63,919 nt of DNA, filler included, from Octopus bimaculoides (GCF_001194135.2; 9 parts of 8 records of this genome joined end to end with filler, not necessarily neighbours in it); one strand, 5' to 3'. Positions 36,340 to 50,969 are shown, counted from the whole stretch's first letter. Numbers and translations: made by a program. Notes: generated by a model from the letters alone, not told the origin.

Positions 36340-36760
36340 CAAGCGAGAATGGATAAGGCATCCGGTGGTGAGTCTCCAACTGGAGAAGCCCCGATGATCT
36401 GGGTTAAACCTTGAGCACAACTACTGCCAGGTTCGCCCTATTCTGGTTCATGAGTAGGTAGGGGTAGTGCTTGTTAAGAGTCCTCGGTATGGGTCAAAGA
36501 GGAAAAGAGATGGTACTGCGATGAAAATATACAGGACTCGGAGGAGAACTGGCGTCATAGCATGTCACACAAGCCCACTGATGTGTGGAAATCCTTCATG
36601 TTATGTAACTCATCCTTTCTACCTATGAATTAAGTAGGCCTTATTCCTTAAGGATGGCATCCAGAGAGCAAGAATCATGCCGAGTACGTTGTGAAGTAGC
36701 CGGCAAAAAAGCAACGGTAAAACATTGCTGTAGCATCCCCACGAAAAATCATGGATCCTT
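36340..36760 (+). mobile_element. Possible decayed RTE-type LINE UTR fragment
   Basis: GC-richer tract ending AGCAACGGTAAAACATTGCTGTAGCATCCCCACGAAAAATCATGGA, reminiscent of the RTE/BovB UTR motif GCAATGGCAAACCAC..CCATGGA. No coding support. Confidence 0.3.
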
Positions 36761-36817
36761 AGGATTTAACATCGAAGTACATTATCACCGACACCTGTAA
36801 AAGAGATACGATACATG

Positions 36818-37030
36818 AAGAGAGAGAGAGAGGGAGAGAGGGCGAGAAAGAGGGAGAGAGGGCGAGAGAGAGAGAGGGAGAGAGGGCGAGAAAGAGGGAG
36901 AGAGGGCGAGAGAGAGAGAGAAAGAAAATAAGAAATAAAGAAAGAGAGGGAATGAGAGAGAGAATGAGCGAGAGAAAGAACGGCAGAGAGGATGGGGGGA
37001 GAGAGAATGAGGCAGAAAGAGAATGAAGGC
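36818..37030. repeat. (GA)n-derived patterned minisatellite (GAGAGAGGGCGAGAAAGAGG units)
   Basis: Directly visible. Confidence 0.9.
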
Positions 37031-37811
37031 AGAGAGATTGTGTACATGACACATTGTTGTATTCCTTCTCAGTTTAAATAATACACCATAATTGTACCCC
37101 ACCTCAGTTTACAGAGGGTACGGTGGGATTTGCGAAAGATTTGGCTGCTATTTATGGAAGATCAAGCAATCACTTCAAGGCTTCCTCTGTTGGATTGTCT
37201 TACACAATGATTTCACTATGTTGCTAAATGAAATTATGTTTCTAAGTCTCCATTGTAAATTAATGCAATCAAATGCATTCTGGGATTACCAGATCATTGA
37301 TTCTATCTACAAATTCTCCAACCCCACCTACACTTCCCTCGAAGCTCGTAGACAGTGTGATTCTGCCTAGAAGTCTTGAAAATACAATAGAGATGCTGCT
37401 GGTAATATTATTTACAAATAAATCTATAATCCCCGATTTTGTGGTGTCTAGCTCTATTTTACTATATTTCGCAGAGACTAGACTAGAATATTATCTGTGA
37501 ATTAAATTTCATATTTTAATCGGTATTACCTATGAAAACATATACACTTGCTTATACATAGGCGCATATATATGGACATTCTAACATTTCTTTACGCATG
37601 AAACTCCTACGAATCCTACGAATAGCTACTAAGAAAGCAGGCGCATGTGTTTATTTTTTTTGCTTTCTTTCCTAATGACTTAAGTATGCAGTAGAAATGA
37701 TCAATGCACATATATTATGAATCATACATACTGTTTTTGACTCACACGTGTGAGCGCGGACACAGTCGATAAATAAATAGACAGACAGACAGACAGACAG
37801 ACAGACGGACG

Positions 37812-37852
<41 letters not shown>

Positions 37853-38131
37853 GTAGATAGATAGATAGATAGGCCAAAATGAGAATAGCAAAAAGGCAAG
37901 GCGGAAGAACAACAAAGAGGATGCATAAGTTTTACGCTCAAGAAAAATGGAAGATGTCTTTGATGTTTCCTGCCTACGCTCTTCAGGAAGTAATAGATAT
38001 CTAAATTAAACGGTCAAGGAATGCTGAAATGAACAGAAGAGGATCAAGTTGGCTTGAAGCGTGGGTGGCAAGCAAGACAACAGTGACATGTATGTATGTA
38101 TGTATACACATAGCGATCCAAAAACATGTTT

Positions 38132-38206
<75 letters not shown>

Positions 38207-38229
38207 ACAGAGTATTATACACATTCAAT

Positions 38230-38540
38230 ATTAGTTGAATGGTTCAATCCCAGGACTGAATTTTAAAAGCCTGATGCTTATTGTATCGATCTCTCAAACC
38301 AAACCGCCAGGCTACGTGTACGCAAACACACCACCACCGGTTGTTTAGCGGGGCGGAGGGTGTTTTACGACAAACACAGGCACAAACACACACACATATA
38401 TAGATATATATGTATATATAAATATATACGACAGCCTTCTTTCAGTTTCCGCTTGTCACATTCACTTACAAGGTGCCACACAGCGGGACTGAGCCCGGAT
38501 CCAAGTGGCCGGGAAACAAGTTTCTTCTTACCATGCAGCC
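38230..38540 (-). mobile_element. SINE family B, internally deleted and diverged
   Basis: Tail ..AAACCGCCAGGCTACG..AAACACACCACCACCGGTTG.. and head CGACAGCCTTCTTTCAGTTTCCG..GGGACTGAGCCCGGATCC. Confidence 0.7.
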
Positions 38541-38656
38541 GTATATATTTTGTATATACATACATACATACATGCATACATATATACATACACGCTTGCA
38601 TATATGTGTGTAGAGATTTGTGTGCGCGCAAGTGTGTGTGAGAGAGAGAGAGATTG

Positions 38657-38706
<50 letters not shown>

Positions 38707-39042
38707 CGAGCGTGCGTGCGTGTTTGGGCATATGTTTCTTACATGTGTATACAACCCAACGCCGCCTCTGCTCAAATATCAAACCGTATATCACTGTTGT
38801 TGATGTGCTGACAGTTTAACGGTCTTCACTTACTTTACATAACGAACTTTAGAACGTTTGTAAAAACGTCTGGAATCGAATAAGGTATTTTGTCTGAAAT
38901 AATGATTAATAATACACCGAGTGAGCCAAGTAAAGTGTTTCCAACGAGCCAGCTCACTTCTTTATATACAAGAGTATCCTCACGCCGGCTGACGCAAAAT
39001 CTTGACTGCGTTTAAAATTCTTGCTATTCGTTAACGAGCTTC

Positions 39043-39073
<31 letters not shown>

Positions 39074-40329
39074 TGTGTGTGTGTGTGTGCGTGTGGGTGC
39101 GTGTGTGTGTGTGCGCATACATACATATATATGTTTGAATATGGCGTTTTCTGTATGTATAAATTAATATAAAATGACAGATGACACTCCAAAACAGTCA
39201 TTTAATATGAATACAGGTTACTTTGATCATTTACTATGAATATTTAGAGCATTAATGTCTAAATATATAATGCATTATGGGATTTTAATTAAAATTTTGT
39301 ATTTTCTAAAAATTAATGAGAATGTGTTTTTCAATACAGACGCTTTCCTGCTTCTTATTGCCTTACATTTTGCCCCGTTTGAAAAATAATGATACCCCAA
39401 CTCGTGCTCTTTAAGGCGTGCAACCTGATAACAATAACAGGCAATTTTTCATATCACACCCACAATCTTTTAAAATATGTGAAAGACACATTCAATAATG
39501 CAGTTGTAGATATGCAGTGGTGGAAAAAAAAACGGATATACATTTACTTAATATGACAGGAATAAAGTTCATAAACATAAATTCTGTTCATTCTTACCCT
39601 AAAAAAGAAATAGTGAAATAAAAATATTCAAATCATATTAAGCAACTGTATACCTACATTTGCTCACGCCTGTACCATCTTTCAAAATTAATGGGATTTA
39701 CACAAGGAGTAAAGGTTTTTAGCACAGAACATTATTAGGATTGAAAACAAAGCAGATCATATTAGTTTAAAATTATATATCTCTGATATGAACAGATGGA
39801 ATATTTCATCATGGATCTGCTTAATCGCAGCAGAAGAAACAAAACTGTGAAAACAACAAAATACGTATATGCTTGCTCAAGTCGATAAAAATTATTAAGA
39901 GAGCGACATCATATCGTTGCTCTCCTAATAAAGATTACATATATAGTGACTGCCAAGGTTACCTCCAAATCATTTTCCGATTCAACAATGAAAACCTCCA
40001 TCGTTTTGCTATAATACAATTACGCTTCTTTTTTATTTTCATATACAAAATCTTTTTGTTAGAATGTACGCTTGGAAACGAAAGGGCTTCATTTACGTTT
40101 ACCATGAATTCGTTTACTGAAATACATATATGTGTGTTGCTTTTGATGATAGCATCAAAAGCATTGTTGGTGTTGTTGTTTCCGTCGTCATTGTATAACC
40201 CGCCTTCTGTATGGCTAGTTATATTTTCTCCTCTGCAAAATCAGTCATAATTTCCATTTTCCATATTGTCTGCATTTTCTGCATTTTCAGTGTTCATATT
40301 TTTTAAAATAAATATTAAAGACGTAGTGA

Positions 40330-42512
40330 GCGAGAATCGGCCAAATATAAGGCTAACTAGTGCATTAATGAGTAAAGTGTTAGGGAAAATGCCGAACTGA
40401 AAGGGCTCATGACCAGATTCAGTTGAAGGGTACTGGTTAAAGAAATTCAGTAGTTTTCATGGGAGGCTGAGGGAAAACTTCAGGATTACTTTAATGGAGG
40501 AACAATACCAAAATGGATGACTTGAAGGAGAACATTACACCTTATGACACAAAAAGAATAGTAATACAGCTAACAATTATAGACCAATCACTTGTTTACC
40601 ATTAGTGTGGAAGCTATTTACAGGGATGCTTTTGGAAAGCATTTATGAGCACTTTTACAGTCAGAATTTGCTGCCAGAACAAAAAGATTAAAGGAAGAGG
40701 GCTAGAGGAACGCATGATCTATTGTACATTGACAAAGCTATTCTAAATGAAGTAAAATCTTACAAGTAAAATTTAATATTAGCATAGATAGTTTATAGGA
40801 AAGCCTATGACATGATCCTACACACATAGATAAGTGAATGTTTGAGTATATTCAGTATAGCTGACAACATAAAAGCATTAATTAGATTTAGCATAAAGAT
40901 ATGGAAAGTAGAATTTCACTCAATTGACACAGTCTTAGGGAAAGTTAATGTCAAGAGAAGAATTTTCCAAGGAGACTCCTTATCCCGTTTAATATGTTTC
41001 TTGTATTTGATCCAGCTTTAGTATTAATGAAGGTAAAAGCAGATAATCAGTTCAGAAATAGTAATGGGAAAATTAACCATTTGCTCTATATGGATGTTCT
41101 GAATTTTTTATTTATTTACGAATGAAAAAGATATAGATTCCTTAATACAGACTGTAAGCCTCATCAGCAAAGATACAGGCATGGAATTTCGCAGAGACAA
41201 ATGTGCAATATTAGTCATGAAAAGGAGACAGGTAGTCGACAGTGAAGGCATCCAATTACCAGAAGGCTAGACACTGAAATCATTGAACGAAGGCAAGAGT
41301 TATAAGTATCTAGGAGTATTAGAATCTGACAGTGTACTAACTACAGAAATGAAAACGAAAATTGAGAAGGAATACATGAGAAAGGTAAGGAAGCTAATGA
41401 AGTCAAAGTTAAATGGTCCGAATCTAGTGAAGGCTGTAAATACTTGGGCAGTATCATTACTTAGATATTCAGCCGCTTTTGTAGATTGAGCAGAAACTGA
41501 ATTAGCAAAGCTAGACAGAAAGACTAGGAATAGCAAGATTATGCTTACCTAGAAAAGAAGTTGGAAGATGGTTAATATCAATAGAAAACTGCGTGGAGTT
41601 AGCTGGAGTAGATATCAATTCCTATGTGGGTAATAGGGAAGAAAATTTATTAAGTCTACTAGAGTCACAGGGAAACCAAAAAAAACAAACGATGTTGAAA
41701 ACCAGAAAAAGAACAAAAGTTATCTGATTGGCGTGAGAAGGCTTTGAACGGTAAATTCCCACAGATCGTTGCAGAAAGGAAGAGTGCAAAGGGAGACAGA
41801 AAGTTTGTTAGTTGCAGCACAAGATAAAGCATTAAAGACTAATTGGATAAAAGTAAAGATAGACAAAAATCAAGTTGATTCCCAATGTAGGTTATGCAAA
41901 TCAGAAGAGGAAAGTTTTATTCATATTGTAAGTGAATGTAACATGCTGACGCAAAAAGAATGCAAGAATAGACATGACAACCTAGGGAGAGTAATCCACT
42001 GGGAGTTATGTAGAAATCCAGGATTTTAATATACTGATAAATGGCATGTACACGGACCTGTTAAAGTATTAGAAAGTAAGAAATATAAGATGTTGTGGGA
42101 CTTTAAATTTCAGACTGATAATGTAATAGAAGCTAGAAAGCCTAATTTAATAGTAGTTAGATAAAGAGAATAGAAAGTGCCAGATAATTGACTTCATAGT
42201 CCCAAATGATGAAAAAATCAATATGAGAGGTATAGAAAAATAGCGAAGTACCAGGACTTAACTATTGAATTTCAGAGACTATGGAAGTTACGGGTAAAAT
42301 GTATCCCAGTAATTACAGGAGCATTAGGAATTATCCCGAAGGATTTGAACAGATGAATAGAAGAAATAGGCATAAAACCCATTTTAGTACACTTCCAGAA
42401 AAGTGTTATTAGGGACAACTAGGATGTATAAGGTTACTTGTTGTAGCCTGATGTTAGGAATTTTTCTTTTCCAAAAGTCTAATCTTTTTTGTGTATATGA
42501 ATAATAATAATA
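40330..42512 (+). mobile_element. R4/Dong-like LINE (second subfamily), RT through REL to an (AAT)n tail; pseudogenised
   Basis: GKMPN*KG..GYWLKK; NYRPITCLPLVWKL; YRKAYDM; IFQGDSLSP; HLLYMD; YKYLGVLE; VNTWAVSLLRYSA; ETESLLVAAQDKAL..CRLC..HIVSEC..RHDNLGRVIHWELC; MLWDFKFQTD; IPVITGALG. Confidence 0.95.
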
Positions 42513-42517
42513 AATAG

Positions 42518-43180
42518 AAACGTTATTATTTCTAAATCTCTCAACGTGAAACATTCAGTAACAGTACTCTAAAGTAAAGATCATTTTCCAACATAATGTG
42601 CCAGTCCCGGTTTGGACGAACGTTAGTGTCATTTAGTACCAGGAAACATCGTCACCAGCCGATTATACGACACACTGTCTGTGTCTTTATATTTTGAAAC
42701 AGGGGAGTTTAGCATCCACAATCAACACAAAGCAATGTCTGTAGACAGCGGTTTCTGGGTTATTTCTCTTCTTCGGCACAAAATAACTGCTCGGCTAGAT
42801 ATGGTGCTGCTAAATTCCAGTTCGAAAATATATATAATTTTCAAATTGACAGACAGTCACTGATCTAATAAACAGAAACGTCATTATTTCAAAATCTCTC
42901 AACAAGAGACATTTAGTAAAAGTACTTTTAAGTAAACATCACTTTCCAAAATAATGTGGTAGTCCCAGTTGGAACGAATGTTACTGTTGTTTAACCCCAG
43001 AAAACATCATCCATACATTTCCATTTTTTTTTTATTATCCAGGAGTGTGGTATCATAATCGTATGCTTTGCGATAGTCAACCCATTCCATGCTCAGGTTT
43101 GTATGCCTTCACTTGCAGTTCCTGATAATTAGATTATCAATTAAGAGCTATCGTTATTATTAAAGCTGGTTATATCATTA

Positions 43181-43249
<69 letters not shown>

Positions 43250-43290
43250 ACAACAACAATAATATTAATAATAATAAGAAGAACAAAAAC

Positions 43291-43328
<38 letters not shown>

Positions 43329-44255
43329 CAACAACAACAACAATACTAAGAATAAGGATATCAAAATTTGGTACATCGCCAATAACTTCGGGTTGGGTTT
43401 AAGTCGATTGCATCGACCCCAGTGATTAGCTGGTACTTACTTTATCAACCCCGAAAAGATGAAAGGTAAAGTCGACCTCGGCGGAATTTGAACTGAGATC
43501 GTAAAGACAGATGAAATGCTGCTCAGCATTTTAGCGCATTCTGCCTGCTAGTTCTATCGTTGTTATTATTGTTATCAAGGCGGCGAGCAGGCAGAACCGT
43601 TAGTATGCCGGACAAATTGCTTAGCAGCATTTTGTGCGTTTTACCTTCTAAGTTCAAATTCCGCCAAGGTCCGGTTTGCTTGTCATCATTTCGGGATCAA
43701 TGAAATAAGTACCATTTGAGTACTGGGGTCGATGCAATCGACTAACTTCCACCTACAAATATATGTACGTGTGTCCGTGTGTGTGTAAAATAGGAATGTG
43801 GTTATTTCTAAATCTCTCAAAGAGAGATATACAGTAACAGCACCATAAAGTAATTACTTTTTGCCAATATAATGTGGCAGTCCCAGGATGGGACGAATGT
43901 CTGTCTTATTTAGTCCCAGGAAACATCGTTTCCAGCTGGCTATACGGCACAACAAATTCTGTGTCCTTATATTTTCGAACTGGGGAGATCAGCACCTCCG
44001 CCAAGCCCAAACCTCGATTCACGGACCGGTTTCTGAGTTATTGCTCTTTATCAGTGTGGAGTAGCTTGGTTGGTTAAATGTTGCCACTGAACTGCTGTCG
44101 TGGAAACGATGTTTCCTAGGGCTAAATAACAGTGCCATTCGTACCTTCCTAGGTGGAGGTGCTGATCTCCCCTGTTCGAAAATATTAGGACACAGAAGTT
44201 TTTGTGTCGTATAGCCAGCTGAAAACGATTTTCCCTGGGGCTAAATAACAATAAC
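42518..44255. repeat. Local cluster of five partial copies of an unclassified ~260-bp repeat (42518-42770 +, 42875-43015 +, 43790-44050 +, 44075-44135 -, 44155-44250 -)
   Basis: Shared TTATTTC.AAATCTCTCAA..ATAATGTG..AGTCCC..GGACGAA..TTTAG..CCAGGAAACATCGT..GTGTC.TTATATTTT.GAAC.GGGGAG. Confidence 0.8.
43360..43760. mobile_element. Head-to-head pair of family A SINEs (43360-43550 -, 43577-43760 +)
   Basis: GGCGGAATTTGAACT on the left; AAGGCGGCGAGC..GTTCAAATTCCGCC on the right. Confidence 0.8.
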
Positions 44256-45274
44256 AGTAACATGTTACTCTTTATGCTTCAATTTCAAATTTCGTTGAGG
44301 TCGGCTTATGGTCCGTTCGGAGTCGAAATAAATGCCAGTTGAGTACCTGAATGGCTGTAATCGACTTGCATCACAACCCCTTTAATTTGCTGGCCTTGTG
44401 TCAAGATTACAAGCAGCTATTATATGAGTAATTTTTTGAGATATTAATAAAACTGTTGATATTAATAAAAATACATTATTTTGGTATTAATAAGCCAGAA
44501 AAATTATCTGGTTGATGGGAAAAGAGAAGAGTCAACCAAGATATAATAATTATGCATCTACTAATACTAAACTATACGGATAAAAATAGAAGAAAATGTA
44601 ATTAACTTACTAGGATTACTGTTCTGAAGAAGATATTATTTCCGTAGCAATAGGTGAAAGATGTTCTGGTATATTGAAATAAGATAAGTAAAAACGCTAT
44701 GTCAATAAAAACACATATAATTTTAGTTTGCTGAAGGAATGGGATATTGCAAAATTAGTTGAAACCTCTATGAATAGTTCGATATATTTATAAATAATTA
44801 TATGGTTAAGTGTTTAGTGTTAGAATAAGGAACGTGAAGCTTCCGAATTAATGGAAAGAAGTTATTGAAAGCATAACAAAAAATAGTAATTAGAGAACCT
44901 CAAATAAAGATATCTAATTAAATAAATCTAATGTTAGTTTGTTTCAACATGCTTAAAAGTTACTTAGACCTCAATGTTTCTCACGTGTATTTGAAAGAAT
45001 TATATTCCTTTGGAATTTTATATCAAATAGGGTCTTTCATTGACAATTGTAGAAAGTATATCTTGTGCCGTATCTAGACAATTAGGGTAGTTATGAAAAT
45101 TACTACCATCTTTATTTTGCAGTCTAATTCCCAGATAAAATGGCTTCATATTGTAAGAGACCGCCGCCAAAATAAATTAAATTGAACAAAGTAAAGAAGC
45201 TACGAATTAGAAACGAAACTACTAAAAGAATAACATAAAATAATACAGGTATTAGCCTATTATCGACAGCCATT

Positions 45275-45369
<95 letters not shown>
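45275..45369. repeat. (ATT)n(CAT)n microsatellite
   Basis: Directly visible. Confidence 0.95.
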
Positions 45370-46347
45370 GTTGCTATTTACTAAAGGATTAGTAAATAAT
45401 TTGTCAACAATCATTCAGTTCTCTGCCCTTTTCCTTCTCCATGATGTGGTGATATGTTTTCTGAAACTCCGAGGTATTACAACTGTTTCATGAAATAGTT
45501 TATTTACCAATCCTTTAGTAAATAAAGATAAAGAGTGGCAATGGATAGTCGAAAAGAACCATGGACTATATTAGAGTCTTAAATAAAAAGTATACGAATA
45601 TATTACAGAGTCGATAAATGCAAATATTTATTCATTCGCCAGGGTACATGTGGCTGTAACTAGAGGCAACTCTCTCTTTACTGTACTTGGCACTGTTTGC
45701 TTGGTAATGGCATTTGCATCAAGAGTCTGACTTACTCGATACACTAAGACTAAATGATGGTCAGAGTGTTTATTTTATTGGCACCTAGGCGGAATTTAAC
45801 CCAGAAAGCAATGATCCGCAACAAACACCGCTCTTACAGTTCCGCCGATTCACCACCTGGTTTGGGTTCTTTCCTTATTGATCAAGAAAGTAAATATGCT
45901 GCCAAGCGAGATTTGAACTCAGAGCGCGGAGTCAGAACAGATTCTCAGAGTTACTCTATTAGACGCTCTAACGATACTCTTTGGCTTTAATGTAAAGAGG
46001 TGCTTATTCATGATGTAGGACTAGAAATTCGTAGATACATTTTCTTACCTCCTATACGATTATCTTCCATGATACACTAATAGCTTTGATAAAGGTTATT
46101 TAAAATCTTTCACCTTGTCTATATAAATCATCTTTACATTCTTTCTGTAACCATATATGTTTTTATACCAACTCTAGATTAAATATTCTAATCTAATTTG
46201 ATTTAAATCCTTCTCAGATTCTGTCGTCTAAATTTTTTTTAACATTTTATAATTTTCAATCATTCATTTATTTTTTTTACTTTTTCAGACAGATAGTTAG
46301 ACAAATATTTGCATACACACATACACACATGTACATATTCACACTTG

Positions 46348-46461
<114 letters not shown>

Positions 46462-47062
46462 TACACTGATAACATCTATCAAGGAATGCAGGGAAAATAT
46501 TTAATACAGAACGTTTAGCTGGTTTATTAACATAACTGTCTATGTTATTCATGCAACCCTCTGTAAACAGGTGTAGATATATCTACGTCAATATTTCTGA
46601 GGGAATGTGAATATGTTATACACTTATGTGTGTCTGTGTATATTGTATCATTTGTTAACTATATAGTAAATTTTGATTTTAATTTTAACTTAGTATATAT
46701 ATTTTTGATTATCTTATTAATAATGTATGGATGTGTATATGTATATACGTGTTTGTGCTTATGTATGTGTGTATGCAGATAGGAATAAATAGGAGTGAAA
46801 AGTGATATCTCACTCCTTAATCATTCGGCGTAATTTTAATTTTGATATACTAGCTTGAATAATTAACTTATTTCATCGATAAATATACAGGCAAGCAAGA
46901 TTGATATAATTACTCGCACACCGCTTGTAAATCGTTTGGAGGTGTGGAAGACAACTATGAATTAACTCTGGGTGAAAAAGGAGATGTCGAACTGAACTGT
47001 TGCGGTCATACGACCTAATGACCGTAGGTGAGACAATAAATATGAAGAGTATGAATGTGCAT

Positions 47063-47099
<37 letters not shown>

Positions 47100-47109
47100 N
47101 NNNNNNNNN

Positions 47110-47141
<32 letters not shown>

Positions 47142-47944
47142 ACTCTATGCGATACATTTTGTTCTTAAGCCAGACACTCGATTTCACGTTGCTGCAATCC
47201 TCTTAACCAGCAAAATTGAGTAATCCTGCGACAGACAGGCGTTCCGTCAAGAGGGGAATATATACGCCACAGAATTTTTTCTCTAGATATACACGGAGAG
47301 AGAGAGGGGGGATGGAGTGGGAGAGATCAGTTGTTTGAAATATTTTATCATTTCAGCTAAGGCCATGCTGGAGCTAAAGCTTTATTATTTGCTTGCTACA
47401 ATGCCTTCAGTGTTTACTGTTTTAAGATTCAAGTGTCGTCACTGGCGTTAAACAATTTCCTTTTTGTAAGATATTCAATGACTACATTATGAAATGTGTC
47501 TTTTCTTTTCTCAACACTGTAGGGGTGGGGTTGTGAATTGAGGTAAATTTTGGCTGCTATTTCTAACAAGCTAAACAACTACCTAGAGGCCCTCTCAGTG
47601 TACCTCATTCTTTTGTTCTTTTAGTTGGTTGAGTTCCTTCATTGGCTCACAACCTCTCGTTGGTTTGGCCTGCCATTGGCTCAGCTCCTTATTGTAGTGT
47701 AACTCTTCATTCACTTAAGTTCCCTTTCCATGCAACTCAAAGAATTAATTAAAAAAATGAAAATGATTTGGAAAGTAAGACCGCCAATTAAAGGATTTTT
47801 TTTTTCTTTTTTTTTACTGTGGATATGAAATTTCTCCAATGATCCTAAGATACTGAAAATGAGTGCAGCCTAGAACTATCTAGAACTCTCAGGAACAGGA
47901 CTTTGGTAAAGCTACTTCGATTTTGTTTTGTAAAACTTTTAATA

Positions 47945-49371
47945 TCAGGTCGCCAAGCATGTAATTTGTAGAAAAGGAAACAAGGGTGCTAATGTTTTAT
48001 AAATACGAGGAACAGTTTTATTCATCAAAGTATGCGCCCATATTCTTTTCTGCTCTAGGCACAAGGCACGAAATGTTGAGGGAAGGGAGCTAGTCGATTA
48101 TATCGACACCAGTACGCAATTTGTACTTAATTTATCGACCCCGAAAGGATGAAAGTCAAAGTCGACCTCGGCGGAATTTGAACTCAGAAAGTAAAGACAG
48201 ACGAAATACTGCTAAGCATTTTGTCCGGCGTGCTAAAGTTTCTGCCAGCTCACCGCCTTTTAAAGTATGCACCCATACTTTTGCCGTTTCAGTGGTAGCT
48301 TGTCCAGCCCGGAACTGTAAAAGCCAGGTAATCTAGAGTCAATAAAATCTTGGAAGGCTTGTTTTACAGCATTGTCGGAATAAAATATTTTTCCTATCAA
48401 GGAGATATCCAAATTCTGGAAGAAGTGGTAGTCAGTGAGGCAAGATCAGGTGACTATGGTGGATGATGGAGTACTTCCAACTCCAACTCTTGTAGTGTCG
48501 CAAATGTCATTTTTGCGATGTGTGGTCTGGCGTTCTCTTGTAATAAAATAGGAGTGGATCTGTTGAATAATCTAGGCTGTTTTTGTAAGTTTTGGTCAAG
48601 TTGGCTGCAATATTCTTCGGTTGTGATTGATGAGTCAGGTTTAATGAAATCATAATGGATCACACCTGCAATAAACCACCAAACACACACCACCAGCTTC
48701 TTTTCACGAATTTTGCTTTTGCAGTTGTTGTATTGGATCTATTTCTCATCACATGTTACAATTCGATTCAAAAATGATTCATTTTTGTGACGAGAAAGTA
48801 GCATAATGCAGGCTGTTTCTGATTTTCATTGAGCTCATGTGGAACTCATCCAACTTTATCATTTTACTGATTTGAACTTGGTGAGTCAATATTGTTTACT
48901 TCTCAACATCAAACAACAACGATAATTCACGGGCACTTTGAGATGTATCTAACTCGACGGTGGCTTTCAGTTCGTCATTATCCACCTTTGGCTCTGGTCG
49001 TCTGCGTTGCTCCTTTGTGAGGTCAAAGTTACCAGAACGAAATTTTGCAAACCAATTTGATACTGCCTGCTGTGTAATAACATTAGAATGAAATGCTCCA
49101 TTAATATTCCGAGTTGTCTGTGATGCTGTATTCCAAGAAAGAATTCTATTTCAAAACTGTACGAATTTCCGACTTATCCATTTCTCAACAAAAATAGAAA
49201 CAAACGATTTATAAATACTTTATACAGCGCAAAATGAGTTGCAATAAAAAAATAGATGTGTCAGCTTTCTAACAAAAAATAAAGATTGTCAACATATAAT
49301 AATGGCGCAAAATGAGCAGCTGTCAATACTCAGTGTGTACCTTACTACAAATGTCATACTTGACGACCTGA
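47945..49371 (-). mobile_element. Mariner (cecropia-subfamily/Hsmar1-like), near full length, pseudogenised, interrupted by a SINE
   Basis: TIRs TCAGGTCG(C/T)CAAG(C/T)ATG..ATTTGTAG with flanking TA (47943-47944, 49372-49373). ATG at 49181 MDKSEIR..TTRNING..WFAKFRSG..VDNDEL..VPHEL; VCVWW..IHYDF..ILLQENARPH..HPP*SPDLA. Confidence 0.93.
48043..48259 (-). mobile_element. Family A SINE inserted into the mariner 3' end, with 16-bp TSD
   Basis: AAAGTATGC(G/A)CCCATA at 48027-48042 and 48262-48277. Confidence 0.9.
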
Positions 49372-49461
49372 TATATGTAACACGTTTAAATATGCATACA
49401 CATATATAAATTTATATATTATATGAGATGGTAGATAGATAGATAGATAGACAGAGAGAGC

Positions 49462-49494
<33 letters not shown>

Positions 49495-50312
49495 AAAGAG
49501 AGGGGAGAGAGAAAAGAGAGAGAGTGAGAGAGGGGGAGAGGTTGATTCATAATATGATTGATAATGCTTGTTACATGACCGTTTTAGATGTATAGTACCA
49601 GATCAGATCTAGAAGAGTAGGTTTTTTTATATATATTTGCCGTTGGCGAATGACCTGGTACTTCTTCATGGTCCCTGTTGATTTTGGTGGTGTTTAGCCC
49701 CATTTTCTTTCCAATTGAACAAACTTACCACCAAAAGCATTTCAACTATGACTATCCAATCTTCCTGAATTCTTGCCGTTTCATAAGCTGGTAAGGCGAG
49801 ATTTAAAGACTTTGCTGTTATTTCTAGTAAGCCGAGGGATTGAGCACTGGTTAAACTCTCCAATTTGTGTTGATTTTCTCAGAAGTGGAAGAATAAAATT
49901 TACATTAATGGAATGTATCATTAAATGAATAAGATTCAGAACGTTATTTTATTAAAAAAAACGGTATACTTGCGTTTATCTGCATTTCCGTCCACTTATA
50001 TGTACATATATTTTACACTCACAAATGCATGCATGTGTGCATGTATCTATATATAAATATAAATATACATTCATATATATGTAGAGAGAGAGAGAGAGAG
50101 AGGGGGGGAGCATGCGTAGATGAATAAGGATATATATGTGTGTGTGTTTTAATATGAGAGCGTGTGTGTGGTTGAATAGACAAAATGACACAACAGAAAG
50201 CAAGCCATTAAAACGATCGATACAGAAATGGGATAAATATAAAAATAAAACAAAAACCTACCACAAATTAAACTTAAGAGAATGCAATATGTCGTTTGTT
50301 GTTGCCTACTAT

Positions 50313-50436
<124 letters not shown>

Positions 50437-50928
50437 TTATTGTGGTTATTGTTACTGTATACGTTATGAATATTTATTATGGCTATTGCAGTGACATAAT
50501 GATAATAATAATAATAATAATTAATATTATTATCATTACCATCGACATAATCGTCATCGTCATTATTTTGAGTATTTCTTTGTTCTTTTTTTCTTTCTGT
50601 CTTTTTGTCTTTCGTTTTTAATCGATTCTATACTGTTTTCTGTTGATTAATCTCATTCAATATGGGCTTCCTTTGCGTTCGTTCATGCGTATATACGTTA
50701 ACTACGTTTATTTCACAATCATAACTCATTAATGAGATGATATATCTACGTAACGAACTACGTCATATACATGCATACACATACATACATAAACACACAC
50801 ACGCACGCACACATACACGTACACACAGACATATAAATCTTATTTAAATACACGTATTTATATACACTGTACAGTAAATGATACTCACACACAAACACAC
50901 ACACACAAACGCACCCACACACACACAA

Positions 50929-50969
<41 letters not shown>

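Noticed and set aside
47641-47679. Two ATTGG (CCAAT) boxes 34 bp apart
   Set aside because: They lie at the tail of a dispersed repeat also seen at about 37115-37195 and 49795-49850, and there is no other promoter evidence.
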